Shown: positions 1-10,178, numbered from the stretch's first letter. The stretch is 36,633 bases of DNA from Bacteroidota bacterium (GCA_947463975.1 CANHUW010000001.1:1-36633); one strand, 5' to 3'. Translations and numbers: made by a program. The notes: a model not told the origin generated them from the letters alone.

Positions 1-1
1 A

Positions 2-619
2 ATTGCCTACGGTGCCACTATTAGGCATTCCAAAAACCCTACACTTATTCACCAATTTGGCTTAATCCCCAATGAATACTTTTTAATTATGGGAAGACTT
101 ATCCCTGATAATAATTCAGATTTATTACTTGAAGGCTTTAAATTGGCCAATTCCAATAAAAAGCTGGTAATTGTAGGTGACGTACCTTACCAGGACGCTT
201 ATGCACAAAGCATGAAAGCCAAAGCTAGCGATCAAATATTATTTTTAGGTTATATAACTGATAGTGAGGTACTTGCCGAGCTCTACCATCAGTCTTATGC
301 CTACCTCCATGGCCACGAATATGGTGGCACCAACCCTACCATGCTTAAAGCCATGGCTTATGGCTCCGCAATACTCGCTTTAGATACGGTTTTTAATAGA
401 GAAATGCTTGAAAATGGTGAATTTGGGTGGTTTTTTCAAAAAACCTCTGACTCTGTTGCCTTATATTTGCAACAAGCAGAAAATAACCCCCAATCTGTAG
501 AAACACTAAAAGCAAAAGCCCGTAACGGCATTACTCAAAAGTACAATTGGGATGAAGTTACCAAGGCATATGTAACCGTTTTTAAAGCATTGATTTGTAA
601 TGACAAAAGCTGCAAATAA
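2..619 (+). CDS. Glycosyltransferase family 4 (GT-B), 5'-truncated by window edge
   Basis: The frame is open from base 2 (IAYGATIRHSK...) into the 89..619 ORF. It has a C-terminal GT4 motif HGHEYGGTNPTMLKAMAYG and overlaps the next gene. Confidence 0.85.
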   Translation: MAYGATIRHSKNPTLIHQFGLIPNEYFLIMGRLIPDNNSDLLLEGFKLANSNKKLVIVGDVPYQDAYAQSMKAKASDQILFLGYITDSEVLAELYHQSYAYLHGHEYGGTNPTMLKAMAYGSAILALDTVFNREMLENGEFGWFFQKTSDSVALYLQQAENNPQSVETLKAKARNGITQKYNWDEVTKAYVTVFKALICNDKSCK

Positions 620-2003
620 GTATACTCTTTTAAAATACATCATAGACGCTCCGGTAGTTTTAGGGTCTTTTTTTGTTTCACTTTGGCTACTAGACCTACA
701 CCGTGGTTTTTTTTATAGCATTGGGCTTGTTTTATTTGCACTACTTGCTGTAATCATTTGGTATGTGGCCGGTTCTTTTTCTAGGCTATACGCTGAGCGT
801 AGATCCAATAAATTTTCGGAAGAAATTGTTTTTATTCTCTACTCCCTTATTTTATTTGGCATTTTAATTACCTCTAGTGCTTTTTTTTTAAGAGACTACC
901 TCGCGTTTAGCGGACTCTTTTTTATTACTTTCTTAAGCGTACTATTTGTTACCGAATCGGTGGCTAAATATATTATCAGAAAATTATTGCACGCTGCTAT
1001 TTTTCAGGGCGACTTTTTTGAAAATGTATTAATTGTAGGTGTTACGCCAAGCGCCATGGAACTCTACGAAACCATTAACCGCTATTATTATTACGGTTAT
1101 AAATGCTATGGCTTTATAGACAACGAAGCCACCAAGCTTAATGGCAGTAAATACCTGGGTAAATTAGACGCACTTGAGTCTATCTTAAAAGAAGGTAGCA
1201 TCGACGAAGTAATGATTACGCTGCCTGCTAATGAGGCGTTACAAATAAAATCATGTTTGGCCCTTTGCGATATGTACAAAACAAAGGCAAGAATTGTGCC
1301 TGATTTACAACAGTACGTAGACGCTAGTGTGCAGGTCAATAATATTGGACTTTTACCAGTTATTAATATTAGAGCGCTCCCACTGGACAAGCCAGAAAAT
1401 AAATTATTAAAGCGCAGTTTTGATATTGTTTTTTCGTTACTATTTTTTTTACTACTTGGTTGGTGGCTCTTACCTATAATTTCTTTATTAATTAAATTAA
1501 GTTCGAGAGGGCCTTCTATTTTTAGACAAGAAAGATGGGGCATTAACAACGAAAAAATTACTTGCTACAAATTTAGAACCATGGTATGTTCCTCTAACGA
1601 TATTGATGAGGAAGGTAACTATAACCAGGCTACTAAAAACGATCCGCGCATTACTGCCATTGGTGCATTTATGCGTAAAACCAATATGGATGAACTGCCT
1701 CAGTTTTGGAATGTTTTAAAAGGCGATATGAGTGTGGTTGGACCCCGCCCGCACCCTACGCCACTCAATATGGCATCTATGCATACCATCGACAATTATA
1801 TGCTACGTCATATTGTTACGCCAGGTATTACGGGATGGGCTCAGGTAAATGGTTGCAGGGGCGAAACCAAAGCGCCTGGCTCTATGCAAAAACGCGTTAA
1901 TTTTGATTTATACTATATACACCGCTGGACATTTTGGTTAGACTGTCAAATTATTTTACAAACCATTATTAATTTAATGAGAGGCGATCAAAACGCTTAT
2001 TAA
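600..2003 (+). CDS. wcaJ: Undecaprenyl-phosphate hexose-1-phosphate transferase (WcaJ/WbaP type)
   Basis: Four N-terminal TM segments, a Rossmann-like middle domain, and a Bac_transf domain (KRSFDI, YKFRTM, DPRIT, DELPQFWNVLKGDMSVVGPRP, PGITGWAQV). Confidence 0.9.
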   Translation: MTKAANKYTLLKYIIDAPVVLGSFFVSLWLLDLHRGFFYSIGLVLFALLAVIIWYVAGSFSRLYAERRSNKFSEEIVFILYSLILFGILITSSAFFLRDYLAFSGLFFITFLSVLFVTESVAKYIIRKLLHAAIFQGDFFENVLIVGVTPSAMELYETINRYYYYGYKCYGFIDNEATKLNGSKYLGKLDALESILKEGSIDEVMITLPANEALQIKSCLALCDMYKTKARIVPDLQQYVDASVQVNNIGLLPVINIRALPLDKPENKLLKRSFDIVFSLLFFLLLGWWLLPIISLLIKLSSRGPSIFRQERWGINNEKITCYKFRTMVCSSNDIDEEGNYNQATKNDPRITAIGAFMRKTNMDELPQFWNVLKGDMSVVGPRPHPTPLNMASMHTIDNYMLRHIVTPGITGWAQVNGCRGETKAPGSMQKRVNFDLYYIHRWTFWLDCQIILQTIINLMRGDQNAY

Positions 2004-2008
2004 CAATC

Positions 2009-3616
2009 ATGAAAAATAAACTTCTACTATTAAGCCTACTTATTGCCAGCTATAGTTTACAACTTGGTGCACAAGAGGTATATGAAAACCATAGGTCGGA
2101 AGTATATAATTATATTGGGCGTATGGCGCAAAAGGGACTTTTAGATTTTGAAGATCATATTAGACCTTTAAGCAAAACCTATTTAGCCGCTTGCTTAGAT
2201 ACCATCGCCTTAAAAAGTAGTAAGCTAACCGTTACCGAAAAAAAAGAACTTGCTTTTTACCAACAAGAATTTAATGCCGTTACAGAAAAAAACATAAATC
2301 CTATCCCTACCTATTTTGCAAAAGATAAAGTAGGTAGATGGCGTAGTTTTTATACTGCTAATAAAAACACCAAATTATTTATTGACCCTGTTATTAGAGG
2401 TGCGGTAACCATGGGTGAAAATATCAATTACCAAACAAAAAGTACGGGTGTTCATTTTTGGGGAACGGCGGGTAAACGTGTTGGCTTCCAGTTTTTCTTT
2501 AACGATGTAAATGAGGAGGGCAAGGGCTTTGACACCACTAGGCAGGGCGTTCCGGGCACGGGTATGATTAGAAAAGATACTTCTGTATTTAAAAGTCAAA
2601 ACTTTTCAGAATTTAGAGGCAGTATTAATTACGCCTTTAAAAATGGTAGCATTGCTTTTGGGCAAGATCATTTACTTTATGGATATGGTGAAAACGGCCG
2701 TGTTGTGTTATCTGATAAAGCGCCCAACTTTCCATTTTTACGTTTTGATTATAGCCCATTTAGCTGGTTACGGTTTAACAATACACATGCCTGGTTAAAT
2801 TCAAAAATTGTTGATAGTGCACGCACGTATGGAACAGATAACTCACTTTTTGGTGGCGAGCGTCAAATATTTGTTCCTAAGTTTTTTTCGACGCATAGTG
2901 TTTTAATTAAAGCCATGAAGGGGCTTGATGTTAGTTTTGGAGAATCTGTTATTTATAGTGATAGACTAGATGTAGGCTATTTAATTCCTGTGATGTTTTA
3001 TAAAGTGTATGATAATATTGCTAACAATTCTCATATACAAGCGGGCTCAAACGCGCAACTATTTTTAAATGTTAGTAGCAGAAACCAACTTAAAAATACA
3101 CACTTGTATACCAGTGTTTTTATCGATGAAATTAGAATGAGTACTGTTTTTGTAAGAGCAAAAAGTAGAAATCAACTTGGTTACACCGTGGGCGGGTCTG
3201 TTACCGATATTGGTGTACCCTATTTAACTTTTAATGCCGAGTACACTAGAATTAATCCGTTTGTTTACAACAATTTAATTCCAGCACAAACCTATACCAG
3301 CCATGGGTTTTTTATAGGCGATTGGATGGGTAATAACGCCGACAGACTTTTACTCTCCTTCAAATACACCCCTATTCCAAGGCTTAAATGTTTGGTGCGC
3401 TATCAGTCCATCAGAAAAGGCGAAGAAGGCACTATTGTGGATCAGTACCTACAACAGCCTCAACCATTATTATTTGAAGGAAGTTATACCTCCAGAAATG
3501 AAATTTATATTAATGCCCACTACGAGCTACTTAATGGCCTGACTTTCAATGGTTGGTACAGTAACTGGAACACCACTGGTGGCAGCTGGTCGCTAGGTGT
3601 AAGCTATGGCCTTTAG
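2009..3616 (+). CDS. wzi: Capsule assembly Wzi-family outer-membrane protein
   Basis: Signal peptide, a YGYGENGRVVLSDKAPNFP motif resembling the Wzi WGPG..LILSxNA motif, a beta-strand-like C-terminus (LGVSYGL), and locus context. Confidence 0.65.
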   Translation: MKNKLLLLSLLIASYSLQLGAQEVYENHRSEVYNYIGRMAQKGLLDFEDHIRPLSKTYLAACLDTIALKSSKLTVTEKKELAFYQQEFNAVTEKNINPIPTYFAKDKVGRWRSFYTANKNTKLFIDPVIRGAVTMGENINYQTKSTGVHFWGTAGKRVGFQFFFNDVNEEGKGFDTTRQGVPGTGMIRKDTSVFKSQNFSEFRGSINYAFKNGSIAFGQDHLLYGYGENGRVVLSDKAPNFPFLRFDYSPFSWLRFNNTHAWLNSKIVDSARTYGTDNSLFGGERQIFVPKFFSTHSVLIKAMKGLDVSFGESVIYSDRLDVGYLIPVMFYKVYDNIANNSHIQAGSNAQLFLNVSSRNQLKNTHLYTSVFIDEIRMSTVFVRAKSRNQLGYTVGGSVTDIGVPYLTFNAEYTRINPFVYNNLIPAQTYTSHGFFIGDWMGNNADRLLLSFKYTPIPRLKCLVRYQSIRKGEEGTIVDQYLQQPQPLLFEGSYTSRNEIYINAHYELLNGLTFNGWYSNWNTTGGSWSLGVSYGL

Positions 3617-3619
3617 CCG

Positions 3620-3627
3620 TATATTTG
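3620..3627 (+). promoter_or_regulatory. Possible Bacteroidota -7 promoter box (TATATTTG) ahead of the SLBB gene
   Basis: Matches TAnnTTTG in the 24-bp gap; no clear -33 TTG box. Confidence 0.3.
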
Positions 3628-3640
3628 TGATATTTTAAAT

Positions 3641-5965
3641 TTGAAGATGAACCAATTTACCATACGCCCTATTTTGCAATTTGGCATTACCGCCTTTTTA
3701 GTTGCTGTACTTGGCTTAAGTGCAGGGGCACAAACCAACCACACCGGCTTACCTAATTTAAAATTAGATAAGATGTCGGATCAACAAATCATGCAATTAT
3801 GGCAGCAAGGCCAGTCTAGTGGACTATCCCAGTCGGAAGGTATTAGCCAATTGGTTCGCATGGGACTTGATCCTAAAGATGTGGGTGGATTTAAAAAAAG
3901 ACTATTAAAAATTCAGGGGATTGCTAAATCAACCAACAGCGGCGCTAAAAATTTTATACAAGACTCTACAAGTTTTATGCAGGACAGTACTTGGGTAGAA
4001 GAAATTCCAAGGCTTAAAAAAAGAAGTAGATATTATGGGTTCGATTATTTTAGTAACCCCAACCCAATTTTGCAACCCGATGTAAAAGTTGCCACGCCAC
4101 AAAATTATGTGGTAGGCCCTGGCGATGGTTTATCTATTAGTATTACGGGTGCTAATGTTAAAGAAATGAATGCCTCTATTAGCCCCGAAGGTAAAATACT
4201 ACTTGAGTATGCAGGCTATGCATCAATTAGTGGTTTAACGCTTGAAGATGCCACCAAAAAAATAAAAAACACTTTAGCACGCATTTATCCGGCACTTAAT
4301 AGTGGCGCGAGTAAATTATATGTAACACTCAGCAATATTAGATCTATCAGAATTACTGTTACAGGCGAGGCTGAGTTTCCGGGCGACTATGTATTAACGG
4401 CGCAGGCAGGATTTTTTAATGTATTGTACTTGTCTAATGGGCCTACCGTAAATGGATCATTACGTAAAATTGATTTAATACGTAACAATAAAATTATTGA
4501 TAGTATCGATTTTTACGGCTTTTTACAAAAGGGCTTACTTGATAAAAACATAAGACTACAAGATCAAGACGTAATTAGATTTAGACCTGTATCCAAACGT
4601 ATTGTATTTAGTGGCGAAGTGGTAAGGCCTGGTATTTATGAATTACTAGATAACGAAACTTTAGCAACTGCTTTTAACTATGCTGGCGGCTTTAACCCCG
4701 CTGCCATTAAAGATGTGGCCAAGCTAGCACGTTACGACGTAAGAAACATGACCTTAAAAGATGTGGCCGCCAACGATTTTGAAACTATTTTACCAAAAAA
4801 TGGAGATTCTGTTTTTGTAGATAAAATTTTAGACGTTTACAACAACAGGGTGGTATTAGAAGGCGCTGTTTACAGGCCTGGTAGTTACGAGCTTACCAGT
4901 AATTTAAGCGTTGCAGCACTACTTAAAAAAGCAGACGGTGTAATAGAAAATGCTTTTTTAAACAGAGGTACCATTAAAAGAAATATTCCTGGTACCGAGC
5001 CTACTCTATTATCGTTTGATGTACAAAAAATAGTAAATGGAAGCATATCTGATATTGCACTTTACAAAAACGATACCATTACCATTGCTAGTACCGATGG
5101 TATTCAAAATAAATTAACGGTAACCCTTGCTGGTTCTGTTAAAAACCCGGGTACCTACCCGTTTCGTAGGGGCATGCAATTAGAAGATGTATTACTAATG
5201 GCTAATGGTTTTACCAACGAAGCGGCTAATCATAAGGTTGAAATTTCACGCCTTAGTAAAAACAGGGCCGATACCCTTACCAACCAACTCATGCAAATTT
5301 TGGTGGTAGCGGTAGACTCTAATTTAAACACCACGGGCACCGGTCATCCGCTAGAGCCACTTGATTATATTTTTGTGCCCAAATTACTCAATTACCAAAA
5401 CCTAGGATCTGTAAAATTAGGGGGTGAGGTATTATACGCTGGCGTGTATGCCCTTGAAAAAAGAAATGAAACCTTACAAGAGCTGCTACAAAAAGCAGGC
5501 GGTGTGTCGCCGTATTCATCCATTAAAGATGTACAAGTATTTAGAAACGGCCTGCGCGTAGGAACGCCATCAGAAAGTAAAGATGGTATCCCCTCATTTT
5601 TATTACGCCCTTCAGATAGTATTTTTATTCCACGCCAAGAACCTTTTGTAGAAGTTAAAGGTGAAGTGTTTAATCCACAAATATTAAGCTATCACTCTAC
5701 TAGCTTTAGAGACTATATTTCTATGGCGGGTGGCATAACAGATAAGGGTAATTTAAAAAAGGCCTATGTAGAATATCCGAGTGGCATTAGTAAAAAAATA
5801 AATCACTTCTTATTTTTTAGAAGCTATCCAAAAATAGTTCCGGGCTCTAAAATTATTGTTCCTGCAAAAACAGATACGGGTAAAAAAGGACTTTCTATTA
5901 TTGAGTTGTCTGCTATTACCGGATCTTTATCTGCTATCATTAGTTTAATAAGCGTACTTCGTTAA
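3641..5965 (+). CDS. Polysaccharide export protein with multiple SLBB domains (Wza/KpsD-like OPX); true start may be the ATG at 3647
   Basis: Signal peptide, a Poly_export motif (TPQNYVVGPGD), repeated GEV.RPG.Y/GAVYRPG SLBB motifs and a C-terminal amphipathic helix. Confidence 0.85.
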   Translation: MKMNQFTIRPILQFGITAFLVAVLGLSAGAQTNHTGLPNLKLDKMSDQQIMQLWQQGQSSGLSQSEGISQLVRMGLDPKDVGGFKKRLLKIQGIAKSTNSGAKNFIQDSTSFMQDSTWVEEIPRLKKRSRYYGFDYFSNPNPILQPDVKVATPQNYVVGPGDGLSISITGANVKEMNASISPEGKILLEYAGYASISGLTLEDATKKIKNTLARIYPALNSGASKLYVTLSNIRSIRITVTGEAEFPGDYVLTAQAGFFNVLYLSNGPTVNGSLRKIDLIRNNKIIDSIDFYGFLQKGLLDKNIRLQDQDVIRFRPVSKRIVFSGEVVRPGIYELLDNETLATAFNYAGGFNPAAIKDVAKLARYDVRNMTLKDVAANDFETILPKNGDSVFVDKILDVYNNRVVLEGAVYRPGSYELTSNLSVAALLKKADGVIENAFLNRGTIKRNIPGTEPTLLSFDVQKIVNGSISDIALYKNDTITIASTDGIQNKLTVTLAGSVKNPGTYPFRRGMQLEDVLLMANGFTNEAANHKVEISRLSKNRADTLTNQLMQILVVAVDSNLNTTGTGHPLEPLDYIFVPKLLNYQNLGSVKLGGEVLYAGVYALEKRNETLQELLQKAGGVSPYSSIKDVQVFRNGLRVGTPSESKDGIPSFLLRPSDSIFIPRQEPFVEVKGEVFNPQILSYHSTSFRDYISMAGGITDKGNLKKAYVEYPSGISKKINHFLFFRSYPKIVPGSKIIVPAKTDTGKKGLSIIELSAITGSLSAIISLISVLR

Positions 5966-5974
5966 TTTATTTAT

Positions 5975-7036
5975 ATGGCATTATCAGATAAACAAGAAGA
6001 ACCTAGTTATTTTATATCCGATTTAATAGACAGCATTAAAAAGCGTGTTGCTTTTTTAATGGCGCACTGGGGTATCCTGCTTATTATGGGAACTTTTGGT
6101 GCACTACTTGGCCTAGGCTATGCTTTTATCAAAAAAGATACCTACACAGCAGCTACCACTTTTGTAGTGGAGGATAATAAAAACAGTGGCGGTGGTATTG
6201 CCTCTGCGCTTGCCGGACAGTTTGGATTAGACCTTGGGGGACTTTCGGGTGGGTCAGGTGTATTGCAAGGCGATAATGTACTCGAACTTTTAAAAAGCAA
6301 AAGTTTACTTAAAAAAGCATTACTTACTAATTACGATAGCTCCGGCACCTTATCACTTGCAGATGCGTATGCTAATGCTTACGGATTTACCAGCAAATGG
6401 GCAAGTAGCAATAAAGTAGGGCGCACCATTAATTTTAGTAGTAAAAAAGGCGTGTTTACAAGACTAGAGGATAGTTTACTCCATGTAATACTCAAACGCA
6501 TTACAGAAAAAGAATTATCCATATCCAAGCCAGATAAAAAACTCAGTTTGTTTTCGTTACAAATAACTACAAGAAACGAACAGCTTAGTCAATTACTTTG
6601 CCAGCGTTTACTTGCTGTTACTAGTAGTTTTTATATTGATACCAAAACAAAAAGAGTAAGAGGGAATGTTGAAAGGCTGCAACAAAGAGTAGACAGTATT
6701 AAAGCTGTTTTAAATAATAAAACCTATACTGCTATTAGTGCCGGAAGAGAATTACTAGATGCCAACCCCGCTTTTTCGCAGGGTAGTGAAATGCAGTTAG
6801 AAGTTACAGGGAGGGATAAAATGGTACAGGCTGCCATATTTGGGGAACTCACAAAAAATTTAGAAGCAAGTAAAACAGCGCTCTTACAAGAAACACCCAC
6901 CATACAGGTTGTAGATACCCCCGAAATGCCCCTTAAAAAAAATGAAGTAAGTTGGTTATTAGCATTACTTGCTGGTGCGTTTATTGGCAAGTTTATGACC
7001 GCGCTTTATTTATTTGTTACAGGCGGTAAGCAATAG
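5975..7036 (+). CDS. Wzz-like polysaccharide co-polymerase / chain-length determinant (no kinase domain)
   Basis: Two terminal TM helices, an LASxxGxDLG-type Gly-rich segment, a coiled-coil, and ETPTIQVVDTP before the second TM. Confidence 0.8.
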   Translation: MALSDKQEEPSYFISDLIDSIKKRVAFLMAHWGILLIMGTFGALLGLGYAFIKKDTYTAATTFVVEDNKNSGGGIASALAGQFGLDLGGLSGGSGVLQGDNVLELLKSKSLLKKALLTNYDSSGTLSLADAYANAYGFTSKWASSNKVGRTINFSSKKGVFTRLEDSLLHVILKRITEKELSISKPDKKLSLFSLQITTRNEQLSQLLCQRLLAVTSSFYIDTKTKRVRGNVERLQQRVDSIKAVLNNKTYTAISAGRELLDANPAFSQGSEMQLEVTGRDKMVQAAIFGELTKNLEASKTALLQETPTIQVVDTPEMPLKKNEVSWLLALLAGAFIGKFMTALYLFVTGGKQ

Positions 7037-8597
7037 AGAGTGTGGCGCTAAAATTAAAGCGGTCGTACCCGTTTTTAAAATATCCTAGGCCTTCTAGTAT
7101 ATACCACTGGTAATTGAGTGAGCGTATAAATGCAGCTCTACCAGATACCATTAATTTTTTATAGGCATAATTACCTACTAGTGTTGTAGACACGTCTACC
7201 CAGTGCCTGGTAGGGTCCCGCGTAACAATAAATGCGTTGTAATAAAAATCGTTGTTGTGTACAAGACGCTCAAACTCTACGCCAATTTTTGTAAACCCGT
7301 TTACATAACTTATAGATCCTAACTGGCTATTGCTACCTGGGCCAATATGTGCACCGAGTATTTGACCATCATGCGTAAAACCATGCGGTACGGCTTTACT
7401 GGTGTACCAACTGTTGCCCTCAAAAGTTAAAGGTGTTGTGGGTAGTTGAAGTTGTGTAAGCTCGGCGGCTATTTCAATAAATTTTTGTTTGTGGTTAAAG
7501 GGTACTAGCTTTCTAAAGCCAGCTACAAAAGCGCGCGGGTAATTATTTTCTGTAACGATATTAAGTGGTGTTGGGGCTTTGTCGTTGCGGCCAAACTCTA
7601 TGTATACTTCGGCTCTATCCTTTGGCATTATATACCTTGCATATAACGAGCCCATGGTGGTATTTTTGTTTGCGCTGCCTGCAGTATTATACCCATACCC
7701 TACCGTTGTGGCGCCCACAAATAAACCCGGTGCAAATGACGGGTTAAAGCTAACTGTGGCAGCACGTATGTAACGGTTTTGCTCAGGCTTGGGTTTATGT
7801 AACAAAACGCCCTCATTATGCCGGTAATGATCTGGCGGTAAAATGTTTGAATTTTGCAGTGTACCAGATATTACCTGAAACTCTATGTTACCTAGTTTTG
7901 TTTTTACAGGTGCATTTGTGGTAAGTGCGGCATGCGCAAAACCCGCAGCATTGTTACTTAAAATAAGTGCATTGTAACGACCAGGACCCCACCAACGGTT
8001 TTCGGTACCGTAACTAAGGGTAAAGTTTTTGTAAGAATATTTAATGGCCGATTGGCCTGGCAACAATTTTTTGTAGGCATTAAAACCAAAATTTTCGGGA
8101 TTATCAATGGTGTTTAACCATCGATAATATGTTTTCCAAAAAACGGGGTAATGCTCGGTAGGGAAAGTTTCAAACTCCTTGTTTTGCGCTGTAATATAAC
8201 TGGGCTTAGCAAGTATTTCGAGAGCGCCGGCTTTTATATGTAGGCCACCACTAAATACCCACTGCATTCCAGCAGATGGTATCATGCCACCATCGTTAAA
8301 ACCGTGTGCAAGGTCACTATTAAACTGCGCGGTGCGCGACACAGGTAGCAAACTAATATTTAAAAAATTATTTTTAGATTTTATAATTGTTAGTGGCTTG
8401 TTTTTAAAAAGGCTATCTAGGTGTATTAGGTTTTGCGCAAAACTATTTATGAGTATGCTGTTGTTACGGTTTATTGTTCCTGTTAATTGTGATCTTCTAA
8501 TAAAATCGGATACGCCGTCTGATAGCATCGATTCTTGCTGTGCTAATAGCAAATTAACGCTCATACAAAAACTAATAAAAAGCAGGCTCTTTTTCAT
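7017..8597 (-). CDS. wzi: Capsule assembly Wzi-family outer-membrane protein
   Basis: Signal peptide, ENRWWGPGRYNALILSNNAAGF, GQILGAHIGPGSNSQ and a C-terminal beta-signal (SIAYRL). Confidence 0.8.
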   Translation of the reverse strand: MKKSLLFISFCMSVNLLLAQQESMLSDGVSDFIRRSQLTGTINRNNSILINSFAQNLIHLDSLFKNKPLTIIKSKNNFLNISLLPVSRTAQFNSDLAHGFNDGGMIPSAGMQWVFSGGLHIKAGALEILAKPSYITAQNKEFETFPTEHYPVFWKTYYRWLNTIDNPENFGFNAYKKLLPGQSAIKYSYKNFTLSYGTENRWWGPGRYNALILSNNAAGFAHAALTTNAPVKTKLGNIEFQVISGTLQNSNILPPDHYRHNEGVLLHKPKPEQNRYIRAATVSFNPSFAPGLFVGATTVGYGYNTAGSANKNTTMGSLYARYIMPKDRAEVYIEFGRNDKAPTPLNIVTENNYPRAFVAGFRKLVPFNHKQKFIEIAAELTQLQLPTTPLTFEGNSWYTSKAVPHGFTHDGQILGAHIGPGSNSQLGSISYVNGFTKIGVEFERLVHNNDFYYNAFIVTRDPTRHWVDVSTTLVGNYAYKKLMVSGRAAFIRSLNYQWYILEGLGYFKNGYDRFNFSATLSIAYRL

Positions 8598-8600
8598 CTA

Positions 8601-10142
8601 TTAGTTTTTTAAATTGGATATTGGATACGTAATAGCGAGCTTTGCATGAAAATTGGATATATTATTTTTGTTCTCCCACATATAATTTTTGCTCGCAATA
8701 AATACCAGTTGCGCAGCTAGGGTAAAATTATGCAGGGTATACTGTGGTGTAATACCATAGGCCATATCAGTCCAAAAAATAGAGCGGTTTTCTGGATCTC
8801 TATTTGTTTTTTCTATAAATACGCCGACCCTATTATTACCACTTACCCAGGTACCCATCACCATTTGTTTGTTGGCTCCAAATCCAGAGCCTACGCCCAT
8901 AATTTGGTTGAAGTTGGTGTAGCCCTGCCCCATTTGCCCATGCACGTACCAATTACCAGCGGTGCGGAGTATAGCATCTGGTGACTGACTCATTTGGGTA
9001 AACTCTATCCCTAGGTTTAGGTATCTATTTTTATTTAGCGTTACTATTTTTTTAAAACCTACTATATGCGCCACAGAGTGTGTAGGTGCCATCAGGTAAT
9101 CGCGCGTACGCTCGCCATAATCATTTTTACCATACTCTACGTATAGTTCCGATTTTGATTTTGGAAACACAATACGCACAAAAAAACTAGCTACCTGATC
9201 TATACTAAGGGTATCGTCGCCCCAATCATTTTTTTTCTGAAATGTTTTGGTAACAATAGGAATGTATTTATTGGTAAAAGATCCTTTACCCTCCGCAATA
9301 CCTGGGCCATATTTTTGTAACGATCGTATAAGCCCCACATATACACCTGGTAACCATTTGGGGTTGTAATTTAAAATGTAGGCGTTTATATAACGCCAGC
9401 TATTACGCAAATTGGGGCTGGATTTTAAATGAAAATTTTCGTAAGGTAATAGGCTATCTGTTTCGAGCCTGCCACCTATTAATTCAAATTCAAAATTACC
9501 AATGGGTGTTTTTGCAGGCCTATGGGTTTTAATAAATATGTTGGCAAACCCAGGCGCATTATTAGACATAATAAGTGCATTTGTTACACCTGGCCCCCAC
9601 CATTTGTTTGCGGTAGATACACCCATACTAAATGAGCTAGCACTTACACTAAGGGTAGACTGCCCCCCATATAATTTAGTATAGGGTTTACCACTACTAT
9701 ACCCATAACTTCCATTAGCTGGGTAAGTAGGGTTGGCAGCATATATAAGTTCTGGTTGCAATTGTAATTTTACCGGCCCTGCTTTAATATTTGCTCCAAA
9801 AGTTAATTGGCTTTGTAAACCACTTGCCGGAATAAAAGATGCATCGTTGTAACCATAAGGGTGGTGGCTATTAAACTGTGTTGTTAGCGTTACAGGCAGT
9901 ATGATAGTTTTAGACGTTTTTATGCCACCTTGCTGGATAACCATGGCGCTAGTAGAATCCTCCCCTTTTTGCAAATGATTTTCGCGCGCAGTAGCAAACT
10001 GATTGTGTATGATAAAAGAAGGTTGCGCCGCTACCCTATTAGACACAAACCCTAGCGCTAATAAAACCAATATTTTAGAAAAATGTGCCAGTGTGCGCTG
10101 TTTAAGATGTTGATTGATATGATGTTTGCGGGGGTAGGGCAA
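8601..10142 (-). CDS. wzi: Capsule assembly Wzi-family outer-membrane protein (start codon uncertain)
   Basis: ANKWWGPGVTNALIMSNNAPGF and NQIMGVGSGFGAN; a clear paralog of 7017..8597. Confidence 0.8.
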   Translation of the reverse strand: MPYPRKHHINQHLKQRTLAHFSKILVLLALGFVSNRVAAQPSFIIHNQFATARENHLQKGEDSTSAMVIQQGGIKTSKTIILPVTLTTQFNSHHPYGYNDASFIPASGLQSQLTFGANIKAGPVKLQLQPELIYAANPTYPANGSYGYSSGKPYTKLYGGQSTLSVSASSFSMGVSTANKWWGPGVTNALIMSNNAPGFANIFIKTHRPAKTPIGNFEFELIGGRLETDSLLPYENFHLKSSPNLRNSWRYINAYILNYNPKWLPGVYVGLIRSLQKYGPGIAEGKGSFTNKYIPIVTKTFQKKNDWGDDTLSIDQVASFFVRIVFPKSKSELYVEYGKNDYGERTRDYLMAPTHSVAHIVGFKKIVTLNKNRYLNLGIEFTQMSQSPDAILRTAGNWYVHGQMGQGYTNFNQIMGVGSGFGANKQMVMGTWVSGNNRVGVFIEKTNRDPENRSIFWTDMAYGITPQYTLHNFTLAAQLVFIASKNYMWENKNNISNFHAKLAITYPISNLKN

Positions 10143-10147
10143 ATTTA
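10140..10147 (-). promoter_or_regulatory. Possible -7 promoter box (TAAATTTG) for the wzi pair
   Basis: TAnnTTTG match that overlaps the ORF-finder TTG start; no -33 box visible. Confidence 0.35.
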
Positions 10148-10178
10148 GGGAATATTTGAAGAAGGGGTGCTTATAAAA

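Noticed and set aside
707-1450. T8-T9 tracts in wcaJ as phase-variation sites
   Set aside because: They are in frame, encode Phe-rich TM segments, and are common in AT-rich DNA.
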